Part shown: positions 37,325 through 46,716 of the stretch, piece after piece | Layout of the letters: each line of letters begins with the position of its first letter | Position numbering within the stretch: the stretch's first letter is position 1 | Program-made: the position numbers and the translations under genes | NCBI GenBank assembly: GCA_964425745.1 | Contig: CAYRNW010000006.1 | Coordinates: 1,499 to 65,498, forward strand | Origin: an uncultured Eubacteriales bacterium | Lineage (GTDB): Bacteria > Bacillota > JAAYKD01 | Direction: 5' to 3' | DNA: 64,000 nt | The notes under the pieces: model-generated | Database searches by the model: none | The model's input: the letters and a program-made list of their open reading frames with translations, nothing else | Told to the model about the DNA's origin: nothing

Positions 37325-38895
37325 TACTCCACCAACCTTTCTCTCAGAGTCAGACCGCACTTTAACTCAAATCCGATTTCGAACCTAGAGTAAACATGAA
37401 TCTTAGCTACGAATTGTTCGAAAAGGTCAGCATCAAAACGCTCTAACATGGATGCTTTAACCGTATATTTGATTAAGGCCAGCAAAGCATTGATGCTTTT
37501 GTGCTCGCTGTTCAGATAGTAAGCGGTTGATTCTTTCTGACGTTCTAATCGGCTGGCTTCCTGTAACAGCTCATTATTGCCTTTATTGAAGGCTGCAGTT
37601 TCTAGATAACCCTTACTTGTAAGAGCAAGCAATGTTTCACGCTGCTTCTTATTTTCATCCAGCTTTTTCTCAAGATCTCGTAAGCTAGCCTTCTCATCTT
37701 TGGAGTTCATACCTCGAAGGCTCAATAGAAGCGGTTTCAGAACAGATGTATAGCCGAAGATGAGCTTATTCATCATGACAATGAAGGTATATTCAATGTG
37801 TGTTTCCGGGATGAATTTTATAGAACATAGATTGGCATTTGTGATGTGCGTAGAACAGCACCAAGCAATCATACCTTCGCCCTTGGTATGAATTCGTCGC
37901 TTGAATTTTGCTCCGCATTCAGCACAGAGGATTTTTCCGGAAAAGGCATATCGATTCGAATATTTGGCCGACTTCATCTCGGAATTTTTCTCTAAACGGT
38001 GCTGGTTTATCAATGATTGTACAGCATCGAAGTCTTCCTGACTGATAATTGCCGGATGATGATCCTCAATCAAAAAGAAATCTCGTTCACCATAGTTGAT
38101 ATGCCGTTTAAAGCGGTCATCGGTATAGGTCTTTTGTAATAACGCTTTTCCCGTATATCGTTCGTTCTTCAGAATTCCTAGAACGGCGGATGCCATCCAT
38201 TCTCCACCTTTTTTACTGGGTATTTCTAGCCGATTAAGCTCTTTCACGATCTTACCCGCTCCCAGTCCAGACAAGCTTTTTGAGAAGATGAAACGCACAA
38301 TTTCTGCTTGGATTTCGTTGATCATCAGCTGGCCATCAACCGAATCGTAGCCCAGAGGTGGACTCGATATTTTATAGGTTCCATTCCGGAATCTGCTCTT
38401 AACCGACCATTTGCTATTTTCAGCGATCGAGACCGACTCGCTTTCGGCCAAACCGGAAAGAATAGATAGCATCAATTCACTATCCAGGGAACCTGTATGA
38501 ATGTTTTCTTTCTCGAAGAGAATATAAACCCCAAGCCCAATGAGCTTTCTCACCAATTCCAAGCAATCCGTGGTATTTCTGGAGAAACGGCTGATAGACT
38601 TTGTAAGAATCAGATCGATTTGTTTGTTCTCACAATCAGTGATCATTCGTAAAAAATCCGGTCGCTTTTCTTTTTTTGTTCCTGTGATCCCTCGATCATA
38701 ATAGATACCAGCGAAAGTCCAATTAGGATTCTGTTGTATGGTTGACTCATAGTGCTTCATCTGAGCATCTAGGCTTTCAAGTTGATCATCTTCATCGGTC
38801 GAAACCCGACAATATGCAGCGACTCTTAGTTTTGTAGGTTCGGTGAGGTTCTCAGCACTCGGTTCGAGCTTAGTTACTTTTCTCAATCTTTTCAC
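37324..38895 (-). CDS. Large serine recombinase
   Basis: [16 protein letters not shown]. Recombinase domain. Zinc ribbon CAECGAKF..WCCSTH. Coiled-coil C-terminus. Start uncertain (GTG 38895 or TTG 38886). Confidence 0.85.
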   Translation of the reverse strand: MKRLRKVTKLEPSAENLTEPTKLRVAAYCRVSTDEDDQLESLDAQMKHYESTIQQNPNWTFAGIYYDRGITGTKKEKRPDFLRMITDCENKQIDLILTKSISRFSRNTTDCLELVRKLIGLGVYILFEKENIHTGSLDSELMLSILSGLAESESVSIAENSKWSVKSRFRNGTYKISSPPLGYDSVDGQLMINEIQAEIVRFIFSKSLSGLGAGKIVKELNRLEIPSKKGGEWMASAVLGILKNERYTGKALLQKTYTDDRFKRHINYGERDFFLIEDHHPAIISQEDFDAVQSLINQHRLEKNSEMKSAKYSNRYAFSGKILCAECGAKFKRRIHTKGEGMIAWCCSTHITNANLCSIKFIPETHIEYTFIVMMNKLIFGYTSVLKPLLLSLRGMNSKDEKASLRDLEKKLDENKKQRETLLALTSKGYLETAAFNKGNNELLQEASRLERQKESTAYYLNSEHKSINALLALIKYTVKASMLERFDADLFEQFVAKIHVYSRFEIGFELKCGLTLRERLVE

Positions 38896-38937
38896 CCCCT
38901 TGTTAGTGTGTCATATTACCTCTAATGCAAAGTTATA

Positions 38938-39159
38938 TCAACTTATATTTGGCATAATTTTGGCCAGAAGGGGAGAGAAAGATTCTCGATTTAGCAGGGT
39001 AATTTTCCAGTATTCATCTTTAGTGATGAGGTCGTTTTTCAGTAATGAATCAAGGAGCTGTTGTGCCCGATGGTAATCTACCTCGTTCTGTAATTGTTCA
39101 TGCGTGATTAGACCAGATTCTTGATGATCGATCGTGTTGATGGGTTGTTTATTCTCCAT
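38938..39159 (-). CDS. Small hypothetical protein upstream of the recombinase array (candidate recombination directionality factor or regulator)
   Basis: 73 aa from the ATG preceded by GGAGGG-7 nt. It follows the conserved 41-nt motif copy on the minus strand. Confidence 0.3.
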   Translation of the reverse strand: MENKQPINTIDHQESGLITHEQLQNEVDYHRAQQLLDSLLKNDLITKDEYWKITLLNRESFSPLLAKIMPNIS

Positions 39160-39184
39160 AGCATTTCCCTCCATCGAAATAGTC

Positions 39185-39228
39185 TCTCTTACTAATCAAT
39201 GGAGGTGAAACATCGTTTTGAACGAAAA
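39185..39228. repeat. Copy 2 of conserved ~41-nt intergenic motif
   Basis: Sequence cttactaatcaatggaggtgaaacatcgttttgaacgaaaaa, between endolysin terminator and recombinase array. Confidence 0.6.
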
Positions 39229-39268
39229 AAAGAGACCCATCAAGCAAAAATAATTGCCGGATGGGTTT
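39225..39268 (-). terminator. Rho-independent terminator after endolysin gene
   Basis: Stem ACCCATC/GATGGGT with 18-nt loop, followed on the minus strand by U7 (A7 at 39225-39231 on plus). Confidence 0.6.
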
Positions 39269-39277
39269 CAACATATA

Positions 39278-39970
39278 CTATTCACTTTTTATATAGGCCT
39301 CAGTATAACCGGCTGCTTTTAGCCTAGATAGCATTGTCTCTGCATTCGCTTTATCGCTGAACGCACCCACCTGAACTCGGTATACTTTCTTCGTGTCGGT
39401 AGCATTTACTGCAGAAAGCCTTTTCGAAACATCAGACCGGAATGCATCCATACTCGTACCTTGGATGGCAAACCAATGCTTAGGATCTGCATGATTGCTG
39501 GCTATTCTTTTCATAAAGCCTTCATAGTGACCAAGGATATCCTTTTCAGTTAAGCCATACATCTTGCAAAGATACACACAAAGTTCTAATGCTTCAGTAT
39601 AGATTTTATTGAAATAGTCAGAATCCATCATTCCGTCTTCGCAAATCTCAACCCCGATGTGAGAGTCATTGGCTTTACCACCGGCATGCCAGCCTTTTTG
39701 ATTCCAAGGAAGTGTCTGATAGGTTGCTACACTTCCATTTTTCAGCTTGCCAATGAAAGCATGCGCACAAACTTCTATTCCTCCTGGTTTGGCTTGATTC
39801 CAGTGATTACCATAAAGATTCTGTCCTAGCAAGCCGTCATCCGGAGCGATGTAGCGATTCAAACATGGATTATTTGCTCCGGTCGAATGGATCATAATGC
39901 CCTTCACGGTAATCTTCTGACCAGCCTTATAACAATCATTCTCTGTCAAAAAGTACTGCTTGAGGTTCAT
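39278..39970 (-). CDS. Endolysin: N-acetylmuramoyl-L-alanine amidase (Amidase_2/PGRP) with C-terminal SPOR domain
   Basis: Amidase_2 region HSTGANNP..HAGG.. and a C-terminal SPOR-like KVYRVQVGAFSDKANAETMLSRLKAAGY. Confidence 0.85.
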   Translation of the reverse strand: MNLKQYFLTENDCYKAGQKITVKGIMIHSTGANNPCLNRYIAPDDGLLGQNLYGNHWNQAKPGGIEVCAHAFIGKLKNGSVATYQTLPWNQKGWHAGGKANDSHIGVEICEDGMMDSDYFNKIYTEALELCVYLCKMYGLTEKDILGHYEGFMKRIASNHADPKHWFAIQGTSMDAFRSDVSKRLSAVNATDTKKVYRVQVGAFSDKANAETMLSRLKAAGYTEAYIKSE

Positions 39971-40206
39971 ACTTTATCCACCTTTGTTATAGTGGATTCG
40001 TTTCCGGCAGAAGCACGAGCCGCGTCCACCATCCCTTCTCCAATGATATAAGCAATTAGGACTGACAAGGCAGATACTAATCCTATAATCTGCTCAATCG
40101 TTAAATTGTCCACCTCAAAAATGGTAAGGAGAGCTGTCAGAAAGCCTGTTACAGCTGCCCAGAATTTACGGGATGAAAGCTTTGTTACCCAATCAATTTT
40201 ATCCAT
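39967..40206 (-). CDS. Phage holin
   Basis: 79 aa with two TM segments (FWAAVTGFLTALLTIF; IIGLVSALSVLIAYII), directly upstream of the amidase with an ATGA overlap. Confidence 0.75.
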   Translation of the reverse strand: MDKIDWVTKLSSRKFWAAVTGFLTALLTIFEVDNLTIEQIIGLVSALSVLIAYIIGEGMVDAARASAGNESTITKVDKV

Positions 40207-40408
40207 CTTGAGACTCCTTTCGTACTTTAGCCTTTTTTATCGTAGCCAACAGCCAGAGCTCCCCAGTGGTAAAAGCAAACCAGCAACCGATTAAGGTTAC
40301 TGGTTCGGAGGATGTCTTATAGAAAATCACCAATACAGAAGCTGAGAATAAGATATTGATGCACACCACTAAAGCTACAATCGCTTTTGAGAAAAGTCCC
40401 TTACTCAC
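40199..40408 (-). CDS. Small membrane protein of lysis cassette
   Basis: Two hydrophobic helices. Start placed at the GTG after GAAGGTGA SD. The ORF-track TTG at 40453 would overlap the upstream gene by 50 nt. Confidence 0.35.
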   Translation of the reverse strand: MSKGLFSKAIVALVVCINILFSASVLVIFYKTSSEPVTLIGCWFAFTTGELWLLATIKKAKVRKESQDG

Positions 40409-40718
40409 TGAATTCACCTTCTCTGTTGGAACGATTCTTCTCCAGAGTGTCAATCCTTGTATGCGCTTGCTTTGCTATTTCTTCAATGCGGATGATCTTC
40501 TCTCGGTCCTCTTTAATATCTGCTTTCACCCCGGACATCTCTGCTTTAATCTCATTGATACCCGCACTGATGTGCTCGAGCTTCACTATCACGGTCGTTA
40601 GCTGAGATGCAGCATTACGGTCATCCGCACTTTGGTTTCTCCGCATATTGGCTAGTCCAGAGTAGACCGCAAATGCTAATCCCAAAGCAGATATGAGAAG
40701 TGTTACTTCAATGGTCAT
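40401..40718 (-). CDS. Membrane-anchored coiled-coil protein (XhlA-like lysis accessory?)
   Basis: N-terminal TM (TLLISALGLAFAVYSGL), then a coiled coil. Start at the ATG after the GAGG SD (MTIEV). Confidence 0.4.
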   Translation of the reverse strand: MTIEVTLLISALGLAFAVYSGLANMRRNQSADDRNAASQLTTVIVKLEHISAGINEIKAEMSGVKADIKEDREKIIRIEEIAKQAHTRIDTLEKNRSNREGEFSE

Positions 40719-40734
40719 ATTCCGCCTCGCTTTC

Positions 40735-41649
40735 TTATTGCTTAGAAATCGTGACTGAACCATGACCTGTCCCGATTCCTTCTGTTAATATGATATTTGC
40801 ACCGGTTGCATACGAGCCTCCACCTGCCCCTGCGTATGCAGAGCAGCTTCCACCCGCCCCGTTCGCACCATATGAGTTGTATAAAGCACCACCTGAGTAA
40901 CCTCCACCATGACCGGCTCCCCCCCAGTAAATACCGTCGCCACAGCTACCTCCACCAAAACCTCCCGCACCCGCATCTCCACTTGGAGAATTGCATCCAA
41001 TCAAGCCAGATGGATAGCCACCAGCACCAACACCGTTATATTGACTATTCATACCGTTGCCACTAAACCCACCCGCTCCAGGACACCCTCTTACATCGGG
41101 ATAGTTGGAATATGGCTTAGCATTGATGTTAATAGAAGCATCGCTATTGGCAGTACGATAGTTTTGATTTTGTCTCGCTCCGCCACCTCCACCCGCGATC
41201 ACCAAAGGAGCCCCGTTGCTCACTCGGACTACAAACGTGCCACCTCCACCACCTCCAAAATAAGGTGCGGAGACACCTGCTTGTCCAACCACGAGGATGA
41301 TGAATTCCCCCAGTGTTAGAAGGATATCTGCTTGTGCCTGAACGCCTCTGCCATAATATGAAGGAGGATAAGCAAGACTAGCACCTCCAGCTGCTCCTAG
41401 AACTGTGATGCGGTAAACCCCAGTTTCCGGCACGGTCCATTTCTGGTACCCTTGATACGCTCCTTGACTCAAGAATGCTGTATTCTGTGCCCAAGCAACA
41501 CCAGTATAGGCGGCTTGCATTTGAGCTAAGGTGGGGCCTGTTCTCCCTGACACACCACAATTCGTGAAGACATGACTTGTAAAAGGATACAGCCCTGAGC
41601 TGGGAGGAGTGAAACGTCTCGCTCCATTGAAGCTAGATAGCAAGCTCAT
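40735..41649 (-). CDS. Glycine-rich phage tail-fibre-like protein
   Basis: About 40% Gly in the C-terminal two thirds (GGGGGTF.., GAGGFGGGSCGDGIYWGGAGHGGGYSGG). AAAGGAG SD 7 nt before ATG 41649. Confidence 0.6.
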   Translation of the reverse strand: MSLLSSFNGARRFTPPSSGLYPFTSHVFTNCGVSGRTGPTLAQMQAAYTGVAWAQNTAFLSQGAYQGYQKWTVPETGVYRITVLGAAGGASLAYPPSYYGRGVQAQADILLTLGEFIILVVGQAGVSAPYFGGGGGGTFVVRVSNGAPLVIAGGGGGARQNQNYRTANSDASININAKPYSNYPDVRGCPGAGGFSGNGMNSQYNGVGAGGYPSGLIGCNSPSGDAGAGGFGGGSCGDGIYWGGAGHGGGYSGGALYNSYGANGAGGSCSAYAGAGGGSYATGANIILTEGIGTGHGSVTISKQ

Positions 41650-41663
41650 GTGCTCACTCCTTT

Positions 41664-42116
41664 TTAAGCAAATTTTGTCATCGTACCAAGCACTGTGTAA
41701 GTAGACGCCGCTGTCTTGATAATCGAGAAAGTAAAAATGTTCAATGCGTTTTGGGCTAGGGTTGGAGCCGAACCGCCTGCCCATTTCACCGTTTGAGACA
41801 CTCCATTGATTCGAAAAGCAGCAAAGTTATAGGGAGAGGCACCTAGAGTAATGATAGCGGTAATCGTCTTGATTTCACCGATCGCTAATAGATCATCGAT
41901 AGGTCCATACACCATATTAGGGGAGATATCGAAATGAGCATTCGCGGCTGCTGTTTTGTAATAGACCGTTCCTGCTCCCGTATCACAGGGGATTACGATG
42001 TTGGATGAAAAGGCCGAGGAATCAATGTTGATTTTTTCATTGACCGCTGACAAAGTAAGCATTTGTTCAGCGGTCAATCTTTTACTAATCATTCCAGGAG
42101 ATAGATCTTTTGGCAT
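41664..42116 (-). CDS. Hypothetical phage tail protein
   Basis: GGAGGG SD 5 nt before ATG 42116. Lies between the tail fibre and the glycine-rich protein. Confidence 0.5.
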   Translation of the reverse strand: MPKDLSPGMISKRLTAEQMLTLSAVNEKINIDSSAFSSNIVIPCDTGAGTVYYKTAAANAHFDISPNMVYGPIDDLLAIGEIKTITAIITLGASPYNFAAFRINGVSQTVKWAGGSAPTLAQNALNIFTFSIIKTAASTYTVLGTMTKFA

Positions 42117-42126
42117 GTCATCCCTC

Positions 42127-44340
42127 CTAACCAACAACCGTAATTGTATATTGGTTCGTTGAAGGAGGTGTAGCAAACTTTAGCGTAATCGAGTTTACGG
42201 TATCAAATTCCATATCACACATGACAACAGCATAGGGAGAAGCTGTCTCGCGTAAGGTGACAGTTAAATCCCGCGTGTTTAAGTTATGGGTCAGAACGTA
42301 CGTGCTCATACTCCCATTCCCAAATGCCAAACTATATTTACGGGTATAAGAACCAATATGATCATGTGTGGCTGTTGCAAAGGAAGCAGGACTATAGGAG
42401 CTGTTTTGAAGCAGTTTTCCAGATGTACCGTTAAACAGAGGGATGTTTCCAGAAGTCGAGGAGGCTGGTCCGATGACTGCCCCATCGAGATTGGTTTGAA
42501 CCACAATCCAGTCCGTATCAACCCCACCACTAGCTCGGTCTACTGTGGCGATGAGTAAATCTCCAATCTCACAAACTTTGCCCTTAATGGTTCCATTATT
42601 TGTAACTTTAAAACTCCAACCGGCATTATAGACGACTAGGGAGTTAAAGGCTGCGATTTCGTAGGTTCCACCCGTACCTACGGTTCCTTTGAACACCATA
42701 GCATCCGAAGCACTCAAAAGACCGTCAACATAGGTTTTTACTGCATCTGCTCTGGGAATGGCTGTGCTTGCTCCGCTGAGTGTGGTCTCCACAGAATATC
42801 CTGCAGCTAATGCATCTCCTGTCGTTCCATTCCAAGTCGGAATATTGCCGCTGGTCGAAGACGCGAGCTTTTTCACTTGAGCGTCGTTGGTTACATTGCC
42901 TAAGCCGACATCCCCTTTGACCAGCGTGACTGCTCCGGTTTTCCCGGCAACACTGGTTACTGTGTTTACTTGAGCTCCATCGGCAACGTTTAACAGGGTC
43001 AAGACATCTGCTTTGGATAAGACTTCAGGAACCCCAGTCGCTGCAGTTTTACGGCCTAAAATACTGGCTGTAGCCATATCTGCCATCTTGGCAAGCGTCA
43101 CGGATTTCGCGGCAATCAACGTAGCACCGTCACCGGTAGAAGTTACGTCACCGGTGTGGTTGGGATGGCTATAGTTGTTCGCTCCATCGGCCACGTTGAG
43201 GATAGTGCGGACATTTGCCGCCGTAAGGTCCTCAGGATCGCCTGTGCCGGTCGTGCTTCTACCCTTTAGGGTGTTCACCGCCATATCGGCTAATTTAGCA
43301 TTACTGACGGCATTTTCTGAAATGGCAGTTGCTCCATCTCCTGTAGATGTTACATCACCGGAATGGTTTGGATGGATATAATTGTTTGCGCTGGTGGCTA
43401 TTCCATCTAGCTTGGTTTTATCGGCAGAAGCCATGAAACCATTCACTGATCCTGTAGCCACACCATGAGCGGTTCCGGTTGCGCCTACGTGAGCAATGGG
43501 AGCTGCATCGTTGGCAATCTCCGCATTAACAAATGAGGTAGTTGCAATTGCGCTGGTGTTATTACCCACCGACTTGGTTTCTGCAAGAGTGGGAAACGGA
43601 TTCAGTAAGGCAACGTGAGCAGTGGGGGTTGGGATATAGGCAAAAAGATAAGTTCCAGGACTGGGTGCTTCCCCATTCGCAATCGAAGTATACCCATTGG
43701 AGGAAGTGAGAATGGGATAGTCCATGGAGTTGATTCGTAATGCCGATCCACCCGGAATACCACCCGCTTCGAATTTTACAGCAAAAACTGAACCTGAGTT
43801 TAAGGTAATGGGGTTCACTGCGAAAGAAACCACTTTTGGATTGGTTCCATAGGATGTAGAGCAAATTCCCTCGATAATCCCCAAGCTGGCCATTAATGCG
43901 CCTACACTGGTAACTCCGGTTCCGCCTCTAGCTACGGGTAAAGTCCCTGCATTGATGGCAGAAGCATCATGGTTATGAGTTATGGCAGCATAGAGAGTAT
44001 CAAAGTAAGCTTTCGCTGTAGCCTTTAGGTTGGCCCAGGAAAGCTTTTTGAGTAGATTGGAAGCTGCACTATCCACTAAGGGAATCAGATCCGCATCCAC
44101 TGGGGTAGTCTTGGCATCTGCTCCATTGATGATCGTTCCTAAAGTTGTTGGTGTCTCGCTAGGCGCATCTACCGCATCCATTGCCACCCAAGCTGTGCCA
44201 TTGTAAGCATAAGCACGATTATCTGTGGTATTAAAATACATCTGCCCCTTGACCGGAGTTGCCGGTGCAGCGGTCAATTTCTGCAGAGCAGCATTCTGTA
44301 GTTCGTTTTTATTGAGATCAATATTGGTTTCATATCTCAT
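42127..44340 (-). CDS. Phage tail fibre/receptor-binding protein with internal tandem repeats
   Basis: Two ~69-aa tandem repeats (HPNHSGDVTSTGDGAT..LNVADGA). Start at the ATG (MRYETN), since the first ORF-track codon GTG lies inside the SD. Confidence 0.7.
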   Translation of the reverse strand: MRYETNIDLNKNELQNAALQKLTAAPATPVKGQMYFNTTDNRAYAYNGTAWVAMDAVDAPSETPTTLGTIINGADAKTTPVDADLIPLVDSAASNLLKKLSWANLKATAKAYFDTLYAAITHNHDASAINAGTLPVARGGTGVTSVGALMASLGIIEGICSTSYGTNPKVVSFAVNPITLNSGSVFAVKFEAGGIPGGSALRINSMDYPILTSSNGYTSIANGEAPSPGTYLFAYIPTPTAHVALLNPFPTLAETKSVGNNTSAIATTSFVNAEIANDAAPIAHVGATGTAHGVATGSVNGFMASADKTKLDGIATSANNYIHPNHSGDVTSTGDGATAISENAVSNAKLADMAVNTLKGRSTTGTGDPEDLTAANVRTILNVADGANNYSHPNHTGDVTSTGDGATLIAAKSVTLAKMADMATASILGRKTAATGVPEVLSKADVLTLLNVADGAQVNTVTSVAGKTGAVTLVKGDVGLGNVTNDAQVKKLASSTSGNIPTWNGTTGDALAAGYSVETTLSGASTAIPRADAVKTYVDGLLSASDAMVFKGTVGTGGTYEIAAFNSLVVYNAGWSFKVTNNGTIKGKVCEIGDLLIATVDRASGGVDTDWIVVQTNLDGAVIGPASSTSGNIPLFNGTSGKLLQNSSYSPASFATATHDHIGSYTRKYSLAFGNGSMSTYVLTHNLNTRDLTVTLRETASPYAVVMCDMEFDTVNSITLKFATPPSTNQYTITVVG
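42975..43389 (-). repeat. Intragenic tandem duplication (2 x ~207 nt) within tail fibre gene
   Basis: Near-identical nucleotide blocks, e.g. gttacatcaccggaatggtttggatgg versus gttacgtcaccggtgtggttgggatgg. Confidence 0.7.
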
Positions 44341-44358
44341 GGGTTCACACACTCCCTT

Positions 44359-44757
44359 TTAGCTTAAGTAAGCTTTGCCAGAAAACTCTGCAGCAAAGCG
44401 GAGAATCAGGCTGTTCTTACTGATATACTCAATCTCACCGATGACCAGCGTACCTGCTGAATCTAAGATGGTTACGTTGGGGTATTTATTTAAATTGTGC
44501 ATAACAATCCAAACTGCACTAGAGGATAACTGATCATGCACATAGGACTCAGTAAAATTTAAGAGCGCAGTCTTTTCTTGATTGCTCAAGAAGACGCGCT
44601 CTTCGGATTCCATGATCATAGCAGCAGGATGGGTATCTGGATGAATATAGGTTTCACCCGGTGGACCTTGTGGCCCCCTAGGACCTGTTCCTTGTACTTC
44701 TACTTGGATTTCCAATGTCTTGGACTCAATAATTCCGATAATGTTTACCTCACTCAT
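44359..44757 (-). CDS. Hypothetical phage tail-associated protein with short collagen-like G-P-x stretch
   Basis: GTGPRGPQGPPGETY motif. 132 aa. Overlaps neighbours. Confidence 0.5.
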   Translation of the reverse strand: MSEVNIIGIIESKTLEIQVEVQGTGPRGPQGPPGETYIHPDTHPAAMIMESEERVFLSNQEKTALLNFTESYVHDQLSSSAVWIVMHNLNKYPNVTILDSAGTLVIGEIEYISKNSLILRFAAEFSGKAYLS

Positions 44758-45094
44758 AGGTCACCTCTTTGCTCAAGCTAAAGCGACTGGGAGGGATGAT
44801 GGTTGTCACCGATTGATCCACACCTCGATTGACTTGAATATCATAGACATAATCCCCGGTTGCTAAACCCTTGGTATCGTCATGGAGAAGATAGATTTCA
44901 GCATTCCCATCCACAAATTCTGTTATTACTTTCTGTAAGACTTTCTCAATCGTATCGGTGGATTTCTTAACGGTAAAATAAACAACATCCCCAAGTTGAA
45001 AGGGGATTTGATTACCATCCGGGTCTCTCATTTTAACAATCAAGGAAGCCGTATCTCCGCGTGTCAGGGAGATGTTATAATAATGAATGATCAT
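44750..45094 (-). CDS. Hypothetical phage protein
   Basis: AAGGGGGA SD 6 nt before ATG 45094. Confidence 0.5.
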   Translation of the reverse strand: MIIHYYNISLTRGDTASLIVKMRDPDGNQIPFQLGDVVYFTVKKSTDTIEKVLQKVITEFVDGNAEIYLLHDDTKGLATGDYVYDIQVNRGVDQSVTTIIPPSRFSLSKEVTYE

Positions 45095-45111
45095 GGAATA
45101 TCCCCCTTACA

Positions 45112-46716
45112 CTAAGAATGATACTGGCTGACATGAGCAGCAATGGCATTGGCGATGGCGGTATTCACTTGAGTGGCGTTCAGCATATTGCCGACATTGA
45201 GGATGCTGTTCCCACCTAAATCCATGGTGCTGTCGATATAGACCTTAAAACCGGTACCATAAGCACCGATGGACATATTCGCGCCCGTCGACTCAATTTT
45301 AATCTTTTGACCATTGTTGGTATAGAACTTCAAGTAGCCATTCTCCAATCGTATCGTGCCAACCACGATTCCGGTTGTATCATAGAATTGGATGCGATTA
45401 TAGCTGTCCACTTCAATTCGCTCACCGCTGGATGAAGTGCGCACTAACGCTCCAGTGACGATTCCCCCATTGATTAGTTTACCCGTTATGGTGCTGCCTG
45501 TAAGGTTCTCTGCTGCAACCGAACCCGCTGTGACCTGAAGGGCATTGACATATCCAGTAGTGATCGTGTTACGGGTGATTTGAGTAATGTAGGCATCATC
45601 CGGATAGATCGGTGTGTCGGTTAATTGGTTAAAGGAAATGTTGCCATTGGTGCCACCAATCAGGAGCTGACTTGCTTTAACCGTTCCACCGAAGGTGGAG
45701 TCTCCCGCGATATCTAAGGCTTTGGCAATGATACGGCCATTGGTATCGACATAGAACTGGCGTTCTAATCCCGGCCCGTCGTCGCTGTAGATACTGATAC
45801 CCTCTGTCGCATTCATCACGGTACGAGCTTTGCCATCGCTGCGTTCTACGACAAATCCTTCTGAAGGGCCAATGCGGGTTCCGTTATATACTTTTTCCTT
45901 GGTGACGGTCTGGGTCTCAATCCGATAAAGGTCGTTCTCTAATCTTGCTGCCAAGTTTCCCACTTCTATGGAGAGATTGGCAGGATTGTAAGGATCATAA
46001 CTCAGACTAACAACTCGCAAAATGGATTGAATCTTCAAAGCAGGATAATCTAAATCCACAGCATCCCCTAAGGACAAGCTTGATCCTTGATACACGCCAC
46101 AATCGATGGAAACAAGCGGATTTCCTAAATCATCTCTCTGACGTTTGTCGATGCTTTGAGAAATGACGGTGATGTCTTTACCGACTCTGAGAGTTTTGGG
46201 AGTTGTTGAACCTCGCTGTTTAACAAGGTTGATTTGAAACCCTTGAAAAACCAGTTCGGCTTGCAAATATTCGGCAAACAATCTCAAAGCAGCTCTTCTG
46301 GAACTGGCTTCTTGTAGGGAGAAAGTAACCACAGTGCTAAACTCTACCGATCCAACTGAGAATCCTGTTCCGGTTAAGAGTGCTGTCAGAATGGCTTGTG
46401 GCGTATTTGACATGGTAAAATATTGTAAGTTGAATTCAGGATTGTTTAGTCGATAACTCACCTGTTCACATTCCGCTGAGATTTGCATCCAACCATTGTT
46501 CAACTGCTCCCGACGTAAGAAAACGACATCGAAGTAATCTCCATCTAAAGAGACTACTGTGTTTTCGTTTAGAATTTCAACGGCAGAATCTCTTGCTGGA
46601 CAAACAAAATCTAGGGTGTTTTCTCCATTCAACCGCTCTGTGCGCTTGGCTGAAATCGCTGCTCGTAAGGTGGCTAATGGTGTAAGAGAAGCATCACAAA
46701 AAATCAGTTTACTCAT
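45112..46716 (-). CDS. Phage minor structural/tail protein (anti-receptor N-terminal region; prophage-tail-endopeptidase-like)
   Basis: 534 aa immediately after the tape measure gene (overlap). GGGGGTG SD. Confidence 0.6.
   Translation of the reverse strand: MSKLIFCDASLTPLATLRAAISAKRTERLNGENTLDFVCPARDSAVEILNENTVVSLDGDYFDVVFLRREQLNNGWMQISAECEQVSYRLNNPEFNLQYFTMSNTPQAILTALLTGTGFSVGSVEFSTVVTFSLQEASSRRAALRLFAEYLQAELVFQGFQINLVKQRGSTTPKTLRVGKDITVISQSIDKRQRDDLGNPLVSIDCGVYQGSSLSLGDAVDLDYPALKIQSILRVVSLSYDPYNPANLSIEVGNLAARLENDLYRIETQTVTKEKVYNGTRIGPSEGFVVERSDGKARTVMNATEGISIYSDDGPGLERQFYVDTNGRIIAKALDIAGDSTFGGTVKASQLLIGGTNGNISFNQLTDTPIYPDDAYITQITRNTITTGYVNALQVTAGSVAAENLTGSTITGKLINGGIVTGALVRTSSSGERIEVDSYNRIQFYDTTGIVVGTIRLENGYLKFYTNNGQKIKIESTGANMSIGAYGTGFKVYIDSTMDLGGNSILNVGNMLNATQVNTAIANAIAAHVSQYHS

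Noticed and set aside
38896-39277. tRNA or tmRNA integration target next to the serine recombinases
   Set aside because: No cloverleaf-compatible sequence or CCA-adjacent acceptor stem was found. The region contains only the endolysin terminator, the 41-nt motif and a small ORF.
40797-41066. His-rich 89-aa plus-strand ORF
   Set aside because: It is an antisense translation of the glycine-rich gene (GGN codons read as CCN/CAY on the other strand).
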